DNA of 63,767 nt, filler included, from Reticulomyxa filosa (GCA_000512085.1; 22 parts of 22 records of this genome joined end to end with filler, not necessarily neighbours in it); one strand, 5' to 3'; counted from the whole stretch's first letter, positions 13,129 through 26,276 are shown. A program made the numbers and translations. Notes: generated from the sequence alone by a model not told the origin.

Positions 13129-14513
13129 ATGACCACTATTAGCAATGATAAACAAACTCCAATACAACAGTCGTTGGTAAGTTTGTTTTAATCTTTCAGA
13201 AAGTTGGTTGTCTTTATACTTCTTGCATACGATTTATAATTAAAACAGTTAAAAGAAAAAGATATTCAAATGATTATTGCGCATTGGATTTGCATATCAA
13301 ACATTAAATTTGGATGGATATATGACTTCGATAGACTTGTTGCCAATTACGTTATGGTCTTTGTTTATGCAAATTAAATGTCAGTTACATGTTTGTAATT
13401 ATTATTTATTTATTATTAACATAGATGTCTACTGTCTTCATGTTTGACACGTTTTGTTTATCGTCCAAATTACTCAAGAATTTCATAGGACACGGTAATT
13501 ATGTGAACAGTATTGATTGTCTCACATTTAATGATGATCAATTCATTTGTTCTGCATCATCAGATGGAACAGTTCGTGTATGGGATGTAAAGACAAGTAA
13601 ACAAATTCAATTATTCAATGGACATTCATTGCCTGTGTATTGTGTGAAGTTTTCACAATATCATCATTATAGCAATCATTTTAATGTCATTTGTTCTTCA
13701 TCAGATGACAAAACCATTCGTTTTTGGGATTTCAAACATAACAAGCAATTACAAATATTCAATGAACACACTGGTACTGTTTGCTGTATTGAATTTTCAT
13801 CATTTAGTGGTGGTAAATACTTGTGTTCTGGATCTGAGGACAAAACAATTCGTTTATGGGATGTTGAAACATCAAAATCATTACATGTCTTCAATGGACA
13901 TACAGATATTGTCAGATGTGTAGATATTTCACCATTGCAAAACAATAACAACAGTAATGATAATAAAAGTAATAGTATTGGTATGATTGGTGGTAATGGA
14001 TATACAATTTGTTCTGGATCATGGGATAAAACCATTCGAATATGGGATATTGAGACAACCAAACAATTAATTGTATTCAATGGACATGAACATCATATTA
14101 ATAGTGTAAAATTTGGATCAAATGAATTAGTAAATATAATATTATCTGGATCCGATGATAAAAGTATTCGATTGTGGGATATTCGATCTGGCCAACAAAT
14201 TCGATTGTTCAATGGACATACAAGTTATGTATGTGCTGTTGAATATTCCCCATTTATAGTAAATAATAATGAAATTGGTGGTAGTTCAAGTGTGATATGT
14301 TCTGGATCATGGGATAATTCAATCCGTTTTTGGGATATTCGATCAAACAAGAAAGAACTGTATGTGATAAATGAAAGTAATAATGGATATAATGAAATAT
14401 TGTGTCTTAAATTTCTACAAATAAAAAAGAACAGAAAAGACAATAATGATGGTGGTTGTAGCATTAATCTGTGTTATGGATCAATCAATGGTCTTATTCA
14501 TATTTGGGGATAG
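13129..14513 (+). CDS. Leader + linker + WD40 propeller protein (divergent paralog of 11347-12731); exons 13129-13176, 13249-13350, 13425-14513
   Basis: MTTISNDKQTPIQQSL | LKEKDIQMIIAHWICISNIKFGWIYDFDRLVANY | MSTVFMFD, then WD40 repeats ending IHIWG*; phase-0 GT-AG introns. Confidence 0.9.
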
Positions 14514-14699
14514 TCTTATTTTTTCACCAACAAAAAAATTTACTGTCATATTTGACTCTTTGAGTAAAATGATATTTTGAAAGTATTTTTGAAAATAGTT
14601 AAAAATAGCAACATTTTTGAAAATTTGCTTTTGTTGTCTAATTTGGCTAAATTTGTAATTCTTGACTTTATAACTAACTACGTTTGATTTTTATTTGCA

Positions 14700-14865
14700 A
14701 GATTATCTTAGTTGCCTGTATTAAATATAAACACGTAAAACAGCAAATAAGTATTTACCATTTAATAAAACGAAAAGCAAATAAATTTAATGTATTTAAT
14801 ACAAGCTTGCCAAAATCTTGAATACATCCTAATTTAATGTTAAATATTTGAATCCATGTTTTAAC
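14700..14865 (-). pseudogene. Relic of the linker exon plus the downstream WD40-exon acceptor
   Basis: Translates KTWIQIFNIKLGCIQDFGKLVLN; TGCCTGTATTAAATA at about 14713 is identical to the acceptor region at 12451 of the intact gene. Confidence 0.65.
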
Positions 14866-15262
14866 AAAAACAATCCAAAAAATGTGAAACAAAATGAATT
14901 GTTACAACTTGTTCTGAAATTTCAATAGTTATTCTACAAAAGTTTGTCATGGATCGCCGTCAATTGATCGAAACAGGTATATAAATATATATGTTATTTT
15001 TCATTTAATCAATCAGTTCAAATTTTTTTTATTATTATTTTTTTATAAAAAAGAAAAAGTCATTGATAGCCTGTCGTGTTGGCAGCTTCGATGAATTCGA
15101 CAAATGGATGACGAAAATCCGAATCGCGGGGGGTCGTTTTTGTACCAAAAAAAATTAGAGTTGGTCACAACAAAACTTCCTCAGTTCAAGAAAGCTCCAA
15201 AATTAATTCCTTTACATCATCTAATTAAGAAACCAAGAACTAAAAGAAAGAAACTAAGTAAG

Positions 15263-15981
15263 ATGGAAGAAGAAAAAAGCAAAGACAATGCAAAACTGGA
15301 TTTGAGGTCAATTACTGAACAACATGCTTGCTTTGACAAAAATTGGATTTTACAATTGAACAAAAAGAATCCATTCGCGACGTTATTTGTTTGATTTGCA
15401 AACAAGTGGCCAACAATCCAATGGAAATCGATTGCTCTCAACATAAGCACATGGATGAATCATTGATTGTTGGAGAAAATTGCTTGAATCGATTTCTTAG
15501 TCAAAACCCAAATTCTTGTCCAGTTGAACCTCATGACAACTGCTTGTATTCTCAAGGTCGAATGGCAAAACGATACATTAATGAATTGGATGTGATATGT
15601 CCACGACAATTTCAACAAGAACAAGAACAGCAACAACTACAAATATCAACACAACAAGGACATGAAGAAGGAGAAACACCTGGAATTGTTATTTGTGATT
15701 TCAAAGGAAAAGTGAAACAGGTAAATGATCATTTGGAACACTCTTGTCGTCTACAAATGGTGAAATGTTGGTTTGAGTCATTTAGATGCAACCACACATG
15801 TTTGAAATCTGCGATTCATGATCATTTGACATCAAATATGAAATTACATTTTGATTTGGTTATCAAATCATTTGATGCATTACGACAAAATATTCGACAA
15901 TATCATGTATCATTCATTACGTATTGATGACTTTAACAAAAAAAAAAATAAAAATAGGAGGAAATTAGTAAATTAAATTTG
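15263..15981 (+). CDS. Degenerate-RING + TRAF-type zinc-finger protein; 3' partial, one frameshift near 15364
   Basis: CLICKQVANNPMEIDCSQH...VGENCL...CPVEPHDNC; CDFKGKVKQVNDHLEHSC; VKCWFESFRCNHTC...HDHL; intron 15907-15957; adding one A to an A5 run joins the two ORFs. Confidence 0.8.
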
Positions 15982-16081
15982 NNNNNNNNNNNNNNNNNNN
16001 NNNNNNNNNNNNNNNNNNNNNNNNNTTAATTAATTAANNNNNNNNNNNNNNNNNNNNNNNNNNNNNNNNNNNNNNNNNNNN

Positions 16082-16120
<39 letters not shown>

Positions 16121-19002
16121 AAAAGTCAAAGACAATAACAAGAAAGATTATGACAACGGAATTGATATTGATGTCGTGTTGCACATGCTAGAGCAAGGGG
16201 TATTTGTGATTGAATCGGCAATGAAAGAAGGCTACAAACAATTGCTGGCATCCAAACAGAAACTCTCGAGTCATGACAAGGTCGCACACGCCGGACAGTG
16301 CCCATTTTTGTCGAGTGATATTGCTACTCCCAGCGATTGGTATCCGCTGTTCCAATTTGTCTTTCAGTCGCCAATGCGTGCTGGAAAGAAAAAGCACTTG
16401 GTTTTGTCGCAAATCAACAGTCAGCCGTCGTCCTTTGGCAGTGATCAAGACAGCAATGGTAGTGCCCGCTTAAATGCCAATTCGGGCAATAGCAAAAGTA
16501 TGACCACAAACTCACTTTTGTCTTTTTTTTTTTTTTTTTTTTAACTTTTTATCGTGTTTTGTGCTACATACAATATGCACACCCACATACATGCAATACA
16601 TGCAATACATGCAACACAGTGGAGACCACTTCGCGTGTGCACTTTGCACAGAGCGTGGCACAGGCCGAATCGACGGCTGAAAGGAGACAGGAGTCGCGAT
16701 TGTCGAGACACGCGTCGAAAGCTGCGCAAACGAAGCTTGTGCATAGACATACCAAGCCAACAAACGACGCAACGACCTTGAAAAAAGCAGTGAAGCAAAA
16801 AGACGCAACCAGCCTATCTGGTGTGACGGATGAAACACAACGAAGCAATCACGACGAACGTGGCCGTGGAAATAAAAATGGCAACAGAAACAGCGGCGCT
16901 GATGAGGACAGAGACAACAGTCGTGATCATGACGGCAATGACGACAAGGATGACAATAGCGACAATGACAATGACAACGACAATGACAGAAGCAATGAAG
17001 AGGACAATGCCAATGACAACGATGCAAGCGAATATGAAAATGAAGACGAGGATGAGGATGGAGATGGAGATGAAGATGAAGAAGATGAAGAAGATGAAAA
17101 AGATGAAGAAGATGAAGAAGATGAAGAAGATGAAGAAGATGAAGATGAAGATAAGAACGATAATGACGAGAATAAAGATGAAGACGAAGATGAAGGTGGA
17201 GACGAAGACGAAGACGAAGACAACGGTGATGATGAAGAGAGCAGTGCACATGAAAAAGCAGATAGTGAGAGCGTGAGTGCCAGTGAAAGTCAAAGTGGAG
17301 ATGAAAGTGACAATGACGATGATGATGACAATGAGAATGGAAATGAGAACGACAATGAGAACGATAATGAGAATGAGAATAAGGATGAAAATAAGCATGA
17401 ACAGAAAAACAAGAATAAAAATAAAAATAAAAATAAAAATATTAATAAAAATATTAATAAAAATATTAATAAAGATAAAAATAAAAGCAAAAGCAAAAGT
17501 AAGACTAAAAACAAACACAGAGACAAGGATAAAACTAAACATAAGAAGAAAGAAAGTGAATCGAACAATGAAAATGAGCAAGAAGCAGAAGAAAAGCAAG
17601 ACATGCCAAAAAAGAAAAAAAAAATAGAAAGAAGAGATAAAGAAGACCAAGACCAACATCAACACCGACACCAACACCAACATCAACATCAACACCAACA
17701 TCAACATCAACACCAACATCAACATCAAGACCAAGATGAAGTGCAACTAAACCATGGCCAAACGCAACTGCAAGACGAAAAGAAAAAAAAGCATATGAAA
17801 AACATTACTCGAACGGACATCAAAAACGAGAGGAACAAACAGATGGAGATGGAAAGAACGTCACCCATGAGCGGCGAGATGGAAACTAAAAAAGTGAATG
17901 GATTTGCGTTAATGAAACACAAGACCATTCCAAAAATTAATGGTCGACCCTTTAATGCTTTGGAAAGTGACGACGAGGATGGCTTTGTATATACCGTCGA
18001 TGACCGCGAAAATATTGGTATGTTTTTGGCATAATAAAGATGTTTGTTTGTTTTGTTTTTTTTTTTTGGGTGTTGAATTACATTGGATACATACAAAAAA
18101 AAAGGAATATCCAATCGCTATCCGCATTTCGACGATACGATGAGTGGTATCCAGTCAGTGAGGACTGATCATTTAAATTCCTCCTCTTCGCCGGCTTCAA
18201 CGTCGTCACCGTCGACCACGGCTGACCTGTCGACAACGACGCCTCAAACCATAAAGCAAGACAAGCATCGCGACGCAAACACAAAGATAAAGATAAAGAC
18301 AAAACCAAAGACAAAGAGAGAAAAAGAAGAAGAAGAAAAAAAAAAAGAAGAAGAAGAAGATGATCAGGACAACATTGTATCAAAGAACGACAAACAACAG
18401 TTGAGTCCGCCAATGAAAAAAGACAAGAAAAATGACAAACACAAAGCCACGGAAGTTCCATCGAAACCAACGCAAGCAATAAGCGATGAAATCAACATTG
18501 AAGCTTCCAAACACGTTGGCAAATCGAAGAATTCTCCTGTGCCAAAGCCCGTGGAAGAAGCGAATGCAAATATCGTCGTCAGTCCAAACTCAGACACTCT
18601 TCACCAAGTCAACCAATCAAAAGACCCCACTTCGAAACGAAACAATGAAAAGAAACATGCCGAAAGTGAATCGTCTCCATCTTCATCGTCATCGCCATCG
18701 CCGTCATCGTCATCGTCGCCATCACTATCGCCATCCTTGGAAAGCGAAGAGTCGTCCATCAGCGACACCGAGTTGCACACCGAAAAGTCGGATATTCCAA
18801 ATAACCCGCGCAACGTCCAAGCGAAAGAGTCTGCCGTCAATGCCGACCCCAAACAACGCGAACAGCGACATCAACATGTGCAGTCCGCTGCTAATAAAGA
18901 GATTATCGAGTTGAATGCCGCCAAAGAATTCAAAGTAAAAAATCGTGACAAGAAGAAACACAATTCAAAAGAGAGCCCTACTGTTTGTTTGTTTATTTAT
19001 TT
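16082..19002 (+). CDS. Internal exons of a large low-complexity, probably disordered protein (D/E tract, N/K tract, (HQ)n, Ser runs)
   Basis: Coding blocks about 16120-16497, 16619-18018, 18105-18982, separated by poly-T or poly-A GT-AG introns; no globular domain recognised. Confidence 0.65.
17040..17725 (+). repeat. Coding tandem repeats: (GAAGAAGAT)n, (AATAAA)n, (CAACAY)n
   Basis: Directly visible; they encode EED, NK and QH repeats. Confidence 0.9.
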
Positions 19003-19102
19003 NNNNNNNNNNNNNNNNNNNNNNNNNNNNNNNNNNNNNNNNNNNNTTAATTAATTAANNNNNNNNNNNNNNNNNNNNNNNNNNNNNNNNNNNNNNNNNN
19101 NN

Positions 19103-19126
19103 CAGTTTTTTTTGCAATCTACTGTA
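19103..19126 (-). mobile_element. Terminus of the same Tc1/mariner-type TIR at a contig start
   Basis: CAGT(n)GCAATCTACTG|TA, the same terminus as at 33402-33425. Confidence 0.6.
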
Positions 19127-19585
19127 TATGATAGTTTGTGGAACAAGTAATAATTTACTTATGGTTTCAGTTGTCTCTTTTTGCATGGTAAAGTTTGTTA
19201 TTTTGCAACATAACTACTGACGTGCAACATACCATAATAATGCTTTTCCAAAGTTTTTTTTACAAAATGCTGCTTGGACAGAGATTGCAAGTTGCATGAC
19301 TTTACAAAATGTTTTAGAAAACTAGTGGAGAACACCGTTAAAAACTCCAACCATTGTATAATGCAAAGAAACGAAAAGGATGAATGGATGGACTTTGTTT
19401 AAAATATCATAGAGATCTGTTTTTTCTTTAATCTCACTAAAAAAGAACTGCTTACAAGTCTTGGCAATCACAAACTCAGTGATATCACTTTTTCACTGAA
19501 AGTTTTCGGTACAATACTTCAACCTTTCATGCATTTAAATTTTCATTGCTCAAGTTATGTGCCATTTTTTTGTTTCATTAAATAA

Positions 19586-19682
19586 AAAACGTTCACGTAA
19601 AACACCTTTTTTGTTTTTTAAAAGGGCCACATTCCCTTTTCAAAAAAAAGTTAAACTTAAAAAACTCAGCAACATTAACAAC
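19586..19682 (+). promoter_or_regulatory. Conserved upstream/5'UTR block of Kelch-like paralogs
   Basis: AACGT(T/C)(C/A)ACGTAAA...AAAAGGG...TTAAACTTAAAAAACT...CAACATYAACAAC-ATG also occurs before ATG 22419 and, in part, before 2794(-) and 26934(-). Confidence 0.55.
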
Positions 19683-21848
19683 ATGGGTAATCGAACTACA
19701 ACACAAAAACCTCCTGAAAGAGAAACTGAACAAAGTCAGCATCTTATTATCCCATTTCAAACTTTGAAGGAGTTGCCCGTTTCACTTAGTCAATCTCAAT
19801 GTGTGCCACACAAACACGAACTCATCATTTGTGGAGGTCAATCGAAAAGAGATTGTTATTCTTATGATACACTCAAAAACGAATACAAGTTTATCTGTGA
19901 GTATCCAAGCGATGTTAAATTATGGGGACACTGTGTAGTGAAACTGATAGATAAAAACAATAAAGACAGTAATCAAATCACTTTATTGTCTTTTGGTGGG
20001 AGTGAATATATACAAAGACATACATTGGTGATGAAATATGTAAGCGTTTGGAGTAATATATCAAACAAATTAAAAAAATCAAACAATTACAATCGATGGG
20101 TCCCTTTCACAGACAATCACAATCATCCAATTATCATTGGAAAAGATCAAGATAATTATGCAGGCGCGCGTGCAGTGATTGGTGGAAGAAACAATCATTT
20201 GTTATTTATCACCAATCAAGAGAATATTAGTGTGTTTAATTTAAATAATTTCAATTTATTAAACATGATCAACTACCAACTCGTAATCTTATTGATTATC
20301 CTTGTTTTGTATCAAATTCTGAAAATGGACAAGAACAAGAAATGGTGAAGACAAATAAACAAAGTAATCAAATGCTGCTATTTTGTCAAAATACAGGATT
20401 GTCAATTGAATATGACGAAGATAACAACACTTTTAAATTTCATCAATTGCCTGTTTGTAAGGATATTGCACCATTATATAGATATGCATATGTGTGTATC
20501 AATGATACTATCTTGTTCTTTGGTGGATGGAATAATAATACATTTGTTTCTTCAAAATCAGTGCACCAGTATTTAATTCGAAAAAAAATATGGATTACAT
20601 TTGAATATACTTTGCCTATTCCATTGCATAATTGTTCCGGAATATTAAATGAAGATAACACTTATATACATATCATTGGGGAATCGGATCATATGAAAAC
20701 AAAGACAAGTGAATGGAATATTTCAAATTTGGTAATTTTCATTTTCTTCTTTTTTATAATGAAAAGTACTAATATTGTATGAAAACAATTAAGAAATAAT
20801 GAATAGCCGAAAGATAAAATAAAACTTATTATTCAACATTGGAATCGAATTTTAAAGATAAAATTAGGATGGATTAATGATTTTAATAAAATTGTTATCA
20901 AATATGTTAAGTACTATTACATATAAATGATTTCATATATGAGTATACTTACATATTTTGAAATAGGTAAGAGATTTCGAATTATTAATGCTTTTAAAAG
21001 GGCATTACGATATAGTTAGTAGTATAAGATTTTCTGCAGATGGTCACAAGATTGTTTCAGCGTCATTTGATAAAACTATTAGAATATGGAATATTGAATC
21101 GGGAAAACAACTACAAATTTTTTATGGACATACTGCTGTGATATATTCTGTAAGATTTTCAACAGATGGAAATAGTATTATTTCATGTGCAGGAGATGGA
21201 ACAATTCGATTATGGCATATTAATACAAATACTGAAATAATGACTTTTAAAAGTGATTTTAATGAGATATGTGATGTAAATTTTTCTCAAAATGGAAAAT
21301 ATATTGTATCATGTTCACGAGATAATATAATACAATTATGGGATATTAAATCTAGAAAAGAAATAAAACAATTATTAGGACATACAAATGAAGTATGGAG
21401 TATAGAATTTTCACCATATGATGAAATGATTTTATCAGCATCTAAGGATACAACAATTAATTTATGGGATATGCAATCTGGTGAAAAATTAAAACAATTT
21501 CAAGGACATTCTGCTGGTGTAATACATGCAAAATTTTCACCAGATGGTCATTTTATTGCATCATGTTCAGTAGATAATACAATTCGAATATGGAATATTC
21601 AAACAGGAAAAGAATGGAAAATATTCAAAGGACATACAGATGCAGTATATGATATCAAATATTTTCCAGATGGTCAAACAATTGTATCATGCTCAAGAGA
21701 TAAAACAATTCGGTTGTGGAATGTAGAATTAGGAACAAGCATACAAATATTGAAACAAAATAATTGTCCATGTTTGGATGTTTCTCAAAAGGGTAATAAA
21801 ATTGCAGCGGGTTCCATAAAGGGTGAAATTCGAATTTGGAGACATTAA
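19683..21848 (+). CDS. Kelch-like + linker + WD40 double-propeller gene; exons 19683-20731, 20807-20905, 20967-21848; one frameshift near 20248 (pseudogene or sequencing error)
   Basis: Kelch exon ends SEWNISNL|GTAA; linker [33 protein letters not shown]; WD40 exon starts [13 protein letters not shown], in frame with ORF 20988; both introns phase 0. Confidence 0.85.
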
Positions 21849-22418
21849 AATTATTTTTTTAAAAGATGTAAAAGTAAATATGCGTTTGAATTTAATTGGT
21901 GTGCGCTTATATTGGTAATATTTGGCCTTTTTAAATCCGTCTAGGATTTTTTTGTTGATAAATTCACTTTCAAAGTTTACAAAACTTGTTTCATCATTCT
22001 TTTTTTTAAACTTGTGTTGTAATTATATTTTTCTTTCTTAAAATTTAAAACAAGTACACACTATATTTTTGGAAACCATTATACAGTTATTAACTAATAG
22101 CGTTTTTTATGATGTCTATTGATGGTAGGTAAGAGATTTTTTGTAAGTCAAAATGAGTAAACTATTTTTAGTTTGTTTATATTCACAACCCAAAGCCAAA
22201 GGATCATAATGGCAAGAAATACATCCACATAGAAAGTTTTATTAATTTTTTTTAAAATCTGACTTATTAGTTTTTTCATGCAGTTGTAAAATATTTTTGT
22301 TTCATACCAAACAAAACAACGTCAACGTAAATAACATTTTTGTTTTTTCAAAAGGGTCATTCACATCCACATTTTTTTAAAAAAATTAAACTTAAAAAAC
22401 TTTATCAACATCAACAAC

Positions 22419-22625
22419 ATGGATAATCAAAATACAGCACAAAAATCTCATGAAAGACAAGCTAAACAAAGCCAGAATCTTATTACCTCCTTTCAAACTT
22501 TGAAGGAGTTGCCTACTCAACTTTCTGAATCTCAATGCGTACAACACAAACACGAACTCATCATTTGTGGAAGTTATCAACAAAGAGCTTGTTATTCTTA
22601 TGATACAATCAAAAACGAATACAAG
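22419..22625 (+). CDS. 5' end of another Kelch-like paralog (tandem copy), cut off by the contig end
   Basis: [37 protein letters not shown]. Confidence 0.85.
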
Positions 22626-22956
22626 NNNNNNNNNNNNNNNNNNNNNNNNNNNNNNNNNNNNNNNNNNNNTTAATTAATTAANNNNNNNNNNNNNNNNNNN
22701 NNNNNNNNNNNNNNNNNNNNNNNNNCAAATAGTTTATTCGCACTCTATATTGCGCTCCATTTTTTGAAAGATGTCAGATTTTGTTCCTCGTAACAAATAA
22801 AACACATAGATCCACGACCCAACTGACGAAAACATGACTGCTCTTAGTAATTTTTGCATGCAGTACATGAAACCGAAAGCAGTTACAAACATTTCACTTT
22901 CCTCCCTCCCTGTGTTTCCCTCCGCTGTTCTCCTTTTCAAATGAAATACACAAAAT

Positions 22957-24357
22957 ATGGGAATGGACGTGACACCAAAAAAGTTGGTCAATAGTGAAAG
23001 GTTGGTTGCTTACTGTGAAGTAAAGCGCAATTTGTGGTGGCCTCACTTGCGCAGCATTGCACTCACATCCGTTTCTGTAACCGAGTTGCGCACGGATGAT
23101 GGAAAAATATATGCTGTGACAGAAAGTAAAGGACATGTGTTGCTAATAGAGGATGATCTGAAGGTATATCTATCTACACAAGTTTTTTTATCCTTTTTTT
23201 TGCTCCTCAAGCGTAACACCAATCACAAAACAATAGAAGACTCCAGAGATTGACCGCTGGATTGACTTAGTTTCGATCAAATCAAAAAAAACAAAAGAAA
23301 ACAAGTTTTGATTTGTAAAAAAAAATGTTTTTAACGGTTTTGGTGATTGTGTGATTATGTTTTAGAGCATACCAAACCAGACACTAATCGAAGGAGACTA
23401 TCAGTTAAAAACTGAATTTCTTGCTCTTTATTTGCCGTGGGAAAAAATAGGACAAATGTTTTAAAACAAAATAATATAAAAAAAAAAAAAAAAAAAGAAA
23501 CAGAGAGCAGTTGGTAAAATTGCAAAAAGAATTGGAAGATGAAAAAAGAAAAGTGAAATATCTCGAAAGTGAACAAGAGGAATTGGTAAAAAAAAATGAA
23601 CAATTAAGGAAAAAAAATAAGGAAAACGAAGAAAACATTTACATTTACGAAAAATTAAGACGCTACAAAACTGAACATGATAATTGGGAAGCAAAGTATA
23701 AAAGTATTGAACAAGAAAACAAAGAACAAAAGAGACAAATCAATATCCTAAGGGAAGGAAACATCAAACAAAGGAATCAAATCACCGACTTGGAGAAAGA
23801 AAACAAACGACAAATAAAACAAAGCATTTATTTGAAGGTAGAAATTGACCAGTGGAAAAATGAAAACAAGAAACAAACAAAAAAAATAAATGACTTGGAG
23901 AAAGATATGGAACAAATTGGCCCTTTGAAGGCAAGAATAAAGAGCATTACTGAAAACAACGAACGACTTTCTTCCGAACATGCCACACAAAAAGACGAAA
24001 TATACAAACGAAAAGTTGAACTAAACAAATATGAAAATCAAATTAAACAATTGAAGTCTGATTATCAACAGCAGAAAACTCAATTCGATATAACTAAAAT
24101 CAAGTTACATGAATACATGACAATAAACGAAAAATATCGATGTACATTGAATTTGGAAAAAGATGCCCTAATCAACGAATTGGAAAATTGCAAAAAACAG
24201 TCCGACAAACTTAAAGAGTATTACTTTATACTTCTTGAATGTGAATTTCCATCTGTGAATAAGATAGTGGAGGATTATACAATGATAAGCAGCAATTATC
24301 GATTGAATTTGACAAGTGAAATAATGAAGCAATTGAAAAGTGATGAAAGGATAAAAG
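22957..24357 (+). CDS. Multi-exon coiled-coil protein; 3' partial
   Basis: First exon 22957-23163 ends EDDLK|GTAT; small internal exons are likely; long K/E/Q heptad-rich exon about 23504-24357. Confidence 0.6.
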
Positions 24358-24457
24358 NNNNNNNNNNNNNNNNNNNNNNNNNNNNNNNNNNNNNNNNNNN
24401 NTTAATTAATTAANNNNNNNNNNNNNNNNNNNNNNNNNNNNNNNNNNNNNNNNNNNN

Positions 24458-25714
24458 AAAAGTAATAGTCATTCCATTTCTTTGAAAGTTACAAGTGATT
24501 TTATACATGAGTATCGAACATTTGCATCACTGTCTTTTAATTCATTTGTGAAACATTAAAAAGCATCATCGAAATGTCTTCCATTTAGACCAACTGCAAT
24601 TGTCCCAAGTAATTCTGCACATTTCTTACGCACATTTGCATTATCATTTTTATCAATGAATATATCCATGGAAAAGTTAAAAGCCCTATTCAATTGTTGT
24701 TCATTACATTTTTTTGAGTTTCTTTAAGTAATTGAATACATTGATACGAATATTTTGGTGTTCCTTTTTATTTTTAACTTATCCAAAAAGTAATTCAATG
24801 CAATGTTCATTTGTTTTTCGTCCCATCTCTGTGCAATCATTTTAAGTAGATCAGCGTATTTATCATTACGTATATACATATTTATTTCTTCACAATTTAA
24901 TCTACTAATGAAATAATTAAATGCATTACCGAATTGTCTTTCAAGCAATTTCACTGTAATTGCAGCAATTACTTCATCTACATCGTGAAACGCACTATAA
25001 GAGTAATCTATATATTAAAGAATTGAAAGCATTAATTAATTGTTTTTCATTCCATTTTATTGAGATTTTTCCAATTAAATTTGCGCATTTTCTACGATCA
25101 TTATTGTCTTCTTCTTCATCGGATAATCGATCAAATATTTAAAGATATCATCTAACTGTTCTCCTTTCAATTTCATTATAAGTTGAGTCACATTCGTTTC
25201 ATAATACCAATCATGAATATGAAGGAAACCTATGAATGAAACATGCATTACCCAACTGTTTTCCTCCCAATTGTGATGAAATCGTTGCAAGTACGTGTGC
25301 ACAGCGATTACAAATTGTAATTTTCTACTCTCAAAGGCATTCATTAAACATTCAAACACTTTATTCAATTGTCTCTCGTTCAAGTTCAATGCTATTTTTA
25401 AAATGATTTTGCACAATTATTATGAACATCTTCATCTTTGTAAACAAGTCCATCCATGGACAATTCAATAATATCATCCAATCGTTGTTCATCTAATTTC
25501 ACTGATATCACACAAAGTAAGTTTGCACACGTCTCATTGTTTTTTAAAATTTTGTTTGTAACATTGGACAACATCTGAAGTTTCTGTTGAAATACAAAAA
25601 ACTGTAATAAATTCAATCCATATTTTATTAATCCCTTATCATCAAGTGTACTCAACTGTGTTTGAATTAACTTAATTTGATCAATGATACACAAGTGGAT
25701 ATCTGGATGATGCA
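24458..25714 (-). pseudogene. Frameshifted HEAT/ARM-like helical-repeat gene fragment
   Basis: Recurrent unit (K/R)(L/W)(N/D)E(K/Q/R)QL..AF...L....VR..CA.LL..I spread over several frames: KLDEQRLDDII, LNERQLNKVF, RWDEKQMNIAL, CNEQQLNRAF. Confidence 0.7.
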
Positions 25715-25853
25715 NNNNNNNNNNNNNNNNNNNNNNNNNNNNNNNNNNNNNNNNNNNNTTAATTAATTAANNNNNNNNNNNNNNNNNNNNNNNNNNNNNN
25801 NNNNNNNNNNNNNNTTGTTTTAAAAATTTTCTATTAAGATCTGTCCAGGCATT

Positions 25854-26276
25854 ATGAACCAGAAAGGAACCACTTGGATCACTTTGGGCATTTTTGTTGG
25901 AATGTGCATAATTTTGCTCACAGTCGTTGCACTGAGTTTGGTTGGTAACGCTCAAAACTTGAATATAAACAGTGAGGAAAATAGATCCTATTCACTGATC
26001 GAGATACTGATCATAATCTATAGGCTGGTAGCATGGTTGTTTAGGGTCCCATTTCTAATTGGAAGATACCACAGCTTTGACAAACTAACAAGAGTGTGGA
26101 ATAGTAGCTGCGTGATGAAAGTAGTGTATTGGACAGTTATCACACAAATGTGCGCTTCGCTTTTTGGGATAATGTGTCAGATGTCAAACGGTAATATGGG
26201 ATTATACTGGCTTTTCTGGTACTTTCGAACCGCGTCTTATTTTTGGGTGTTTTGTCTGCTCTTAGTTAAGTTCTAG
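25854..26276 (+). CDS. Multi-pass membrane protein fragment (about 4 TM segments)
   Basis: Hydrophobic segments such as WITLGIFVGMCIILLTVVALSLV and MGLYWLFWYFRTASYFWVFCLLL. Confidence 0.5.
   Translation: MNQKGTTWITLGIFVGMCIILLTVVALSLVGNAQNLNINSEENRSYSLIEILIIIYRLVAWLFRVPFLIGRYHSFDKLTRVWNSSCVMKVVYWTVITQMCASLFGIMCQMSNGNMGLYWLFWYFRTASYFWVFCLLLVKF

Noticed and set aside
11627-14464. Antisense ORFs over the WD40 genes
   Set aside because: Codon-bias shadows with no independent motifs
16512-17746. Long antisense and alternate-frame ORFs rich in His/Leu, Ile/Phe, Ser or Met/Lys
   Set aside because: Shadows of the trinucleotide-repeat coding strand, which lacks stops in other frames
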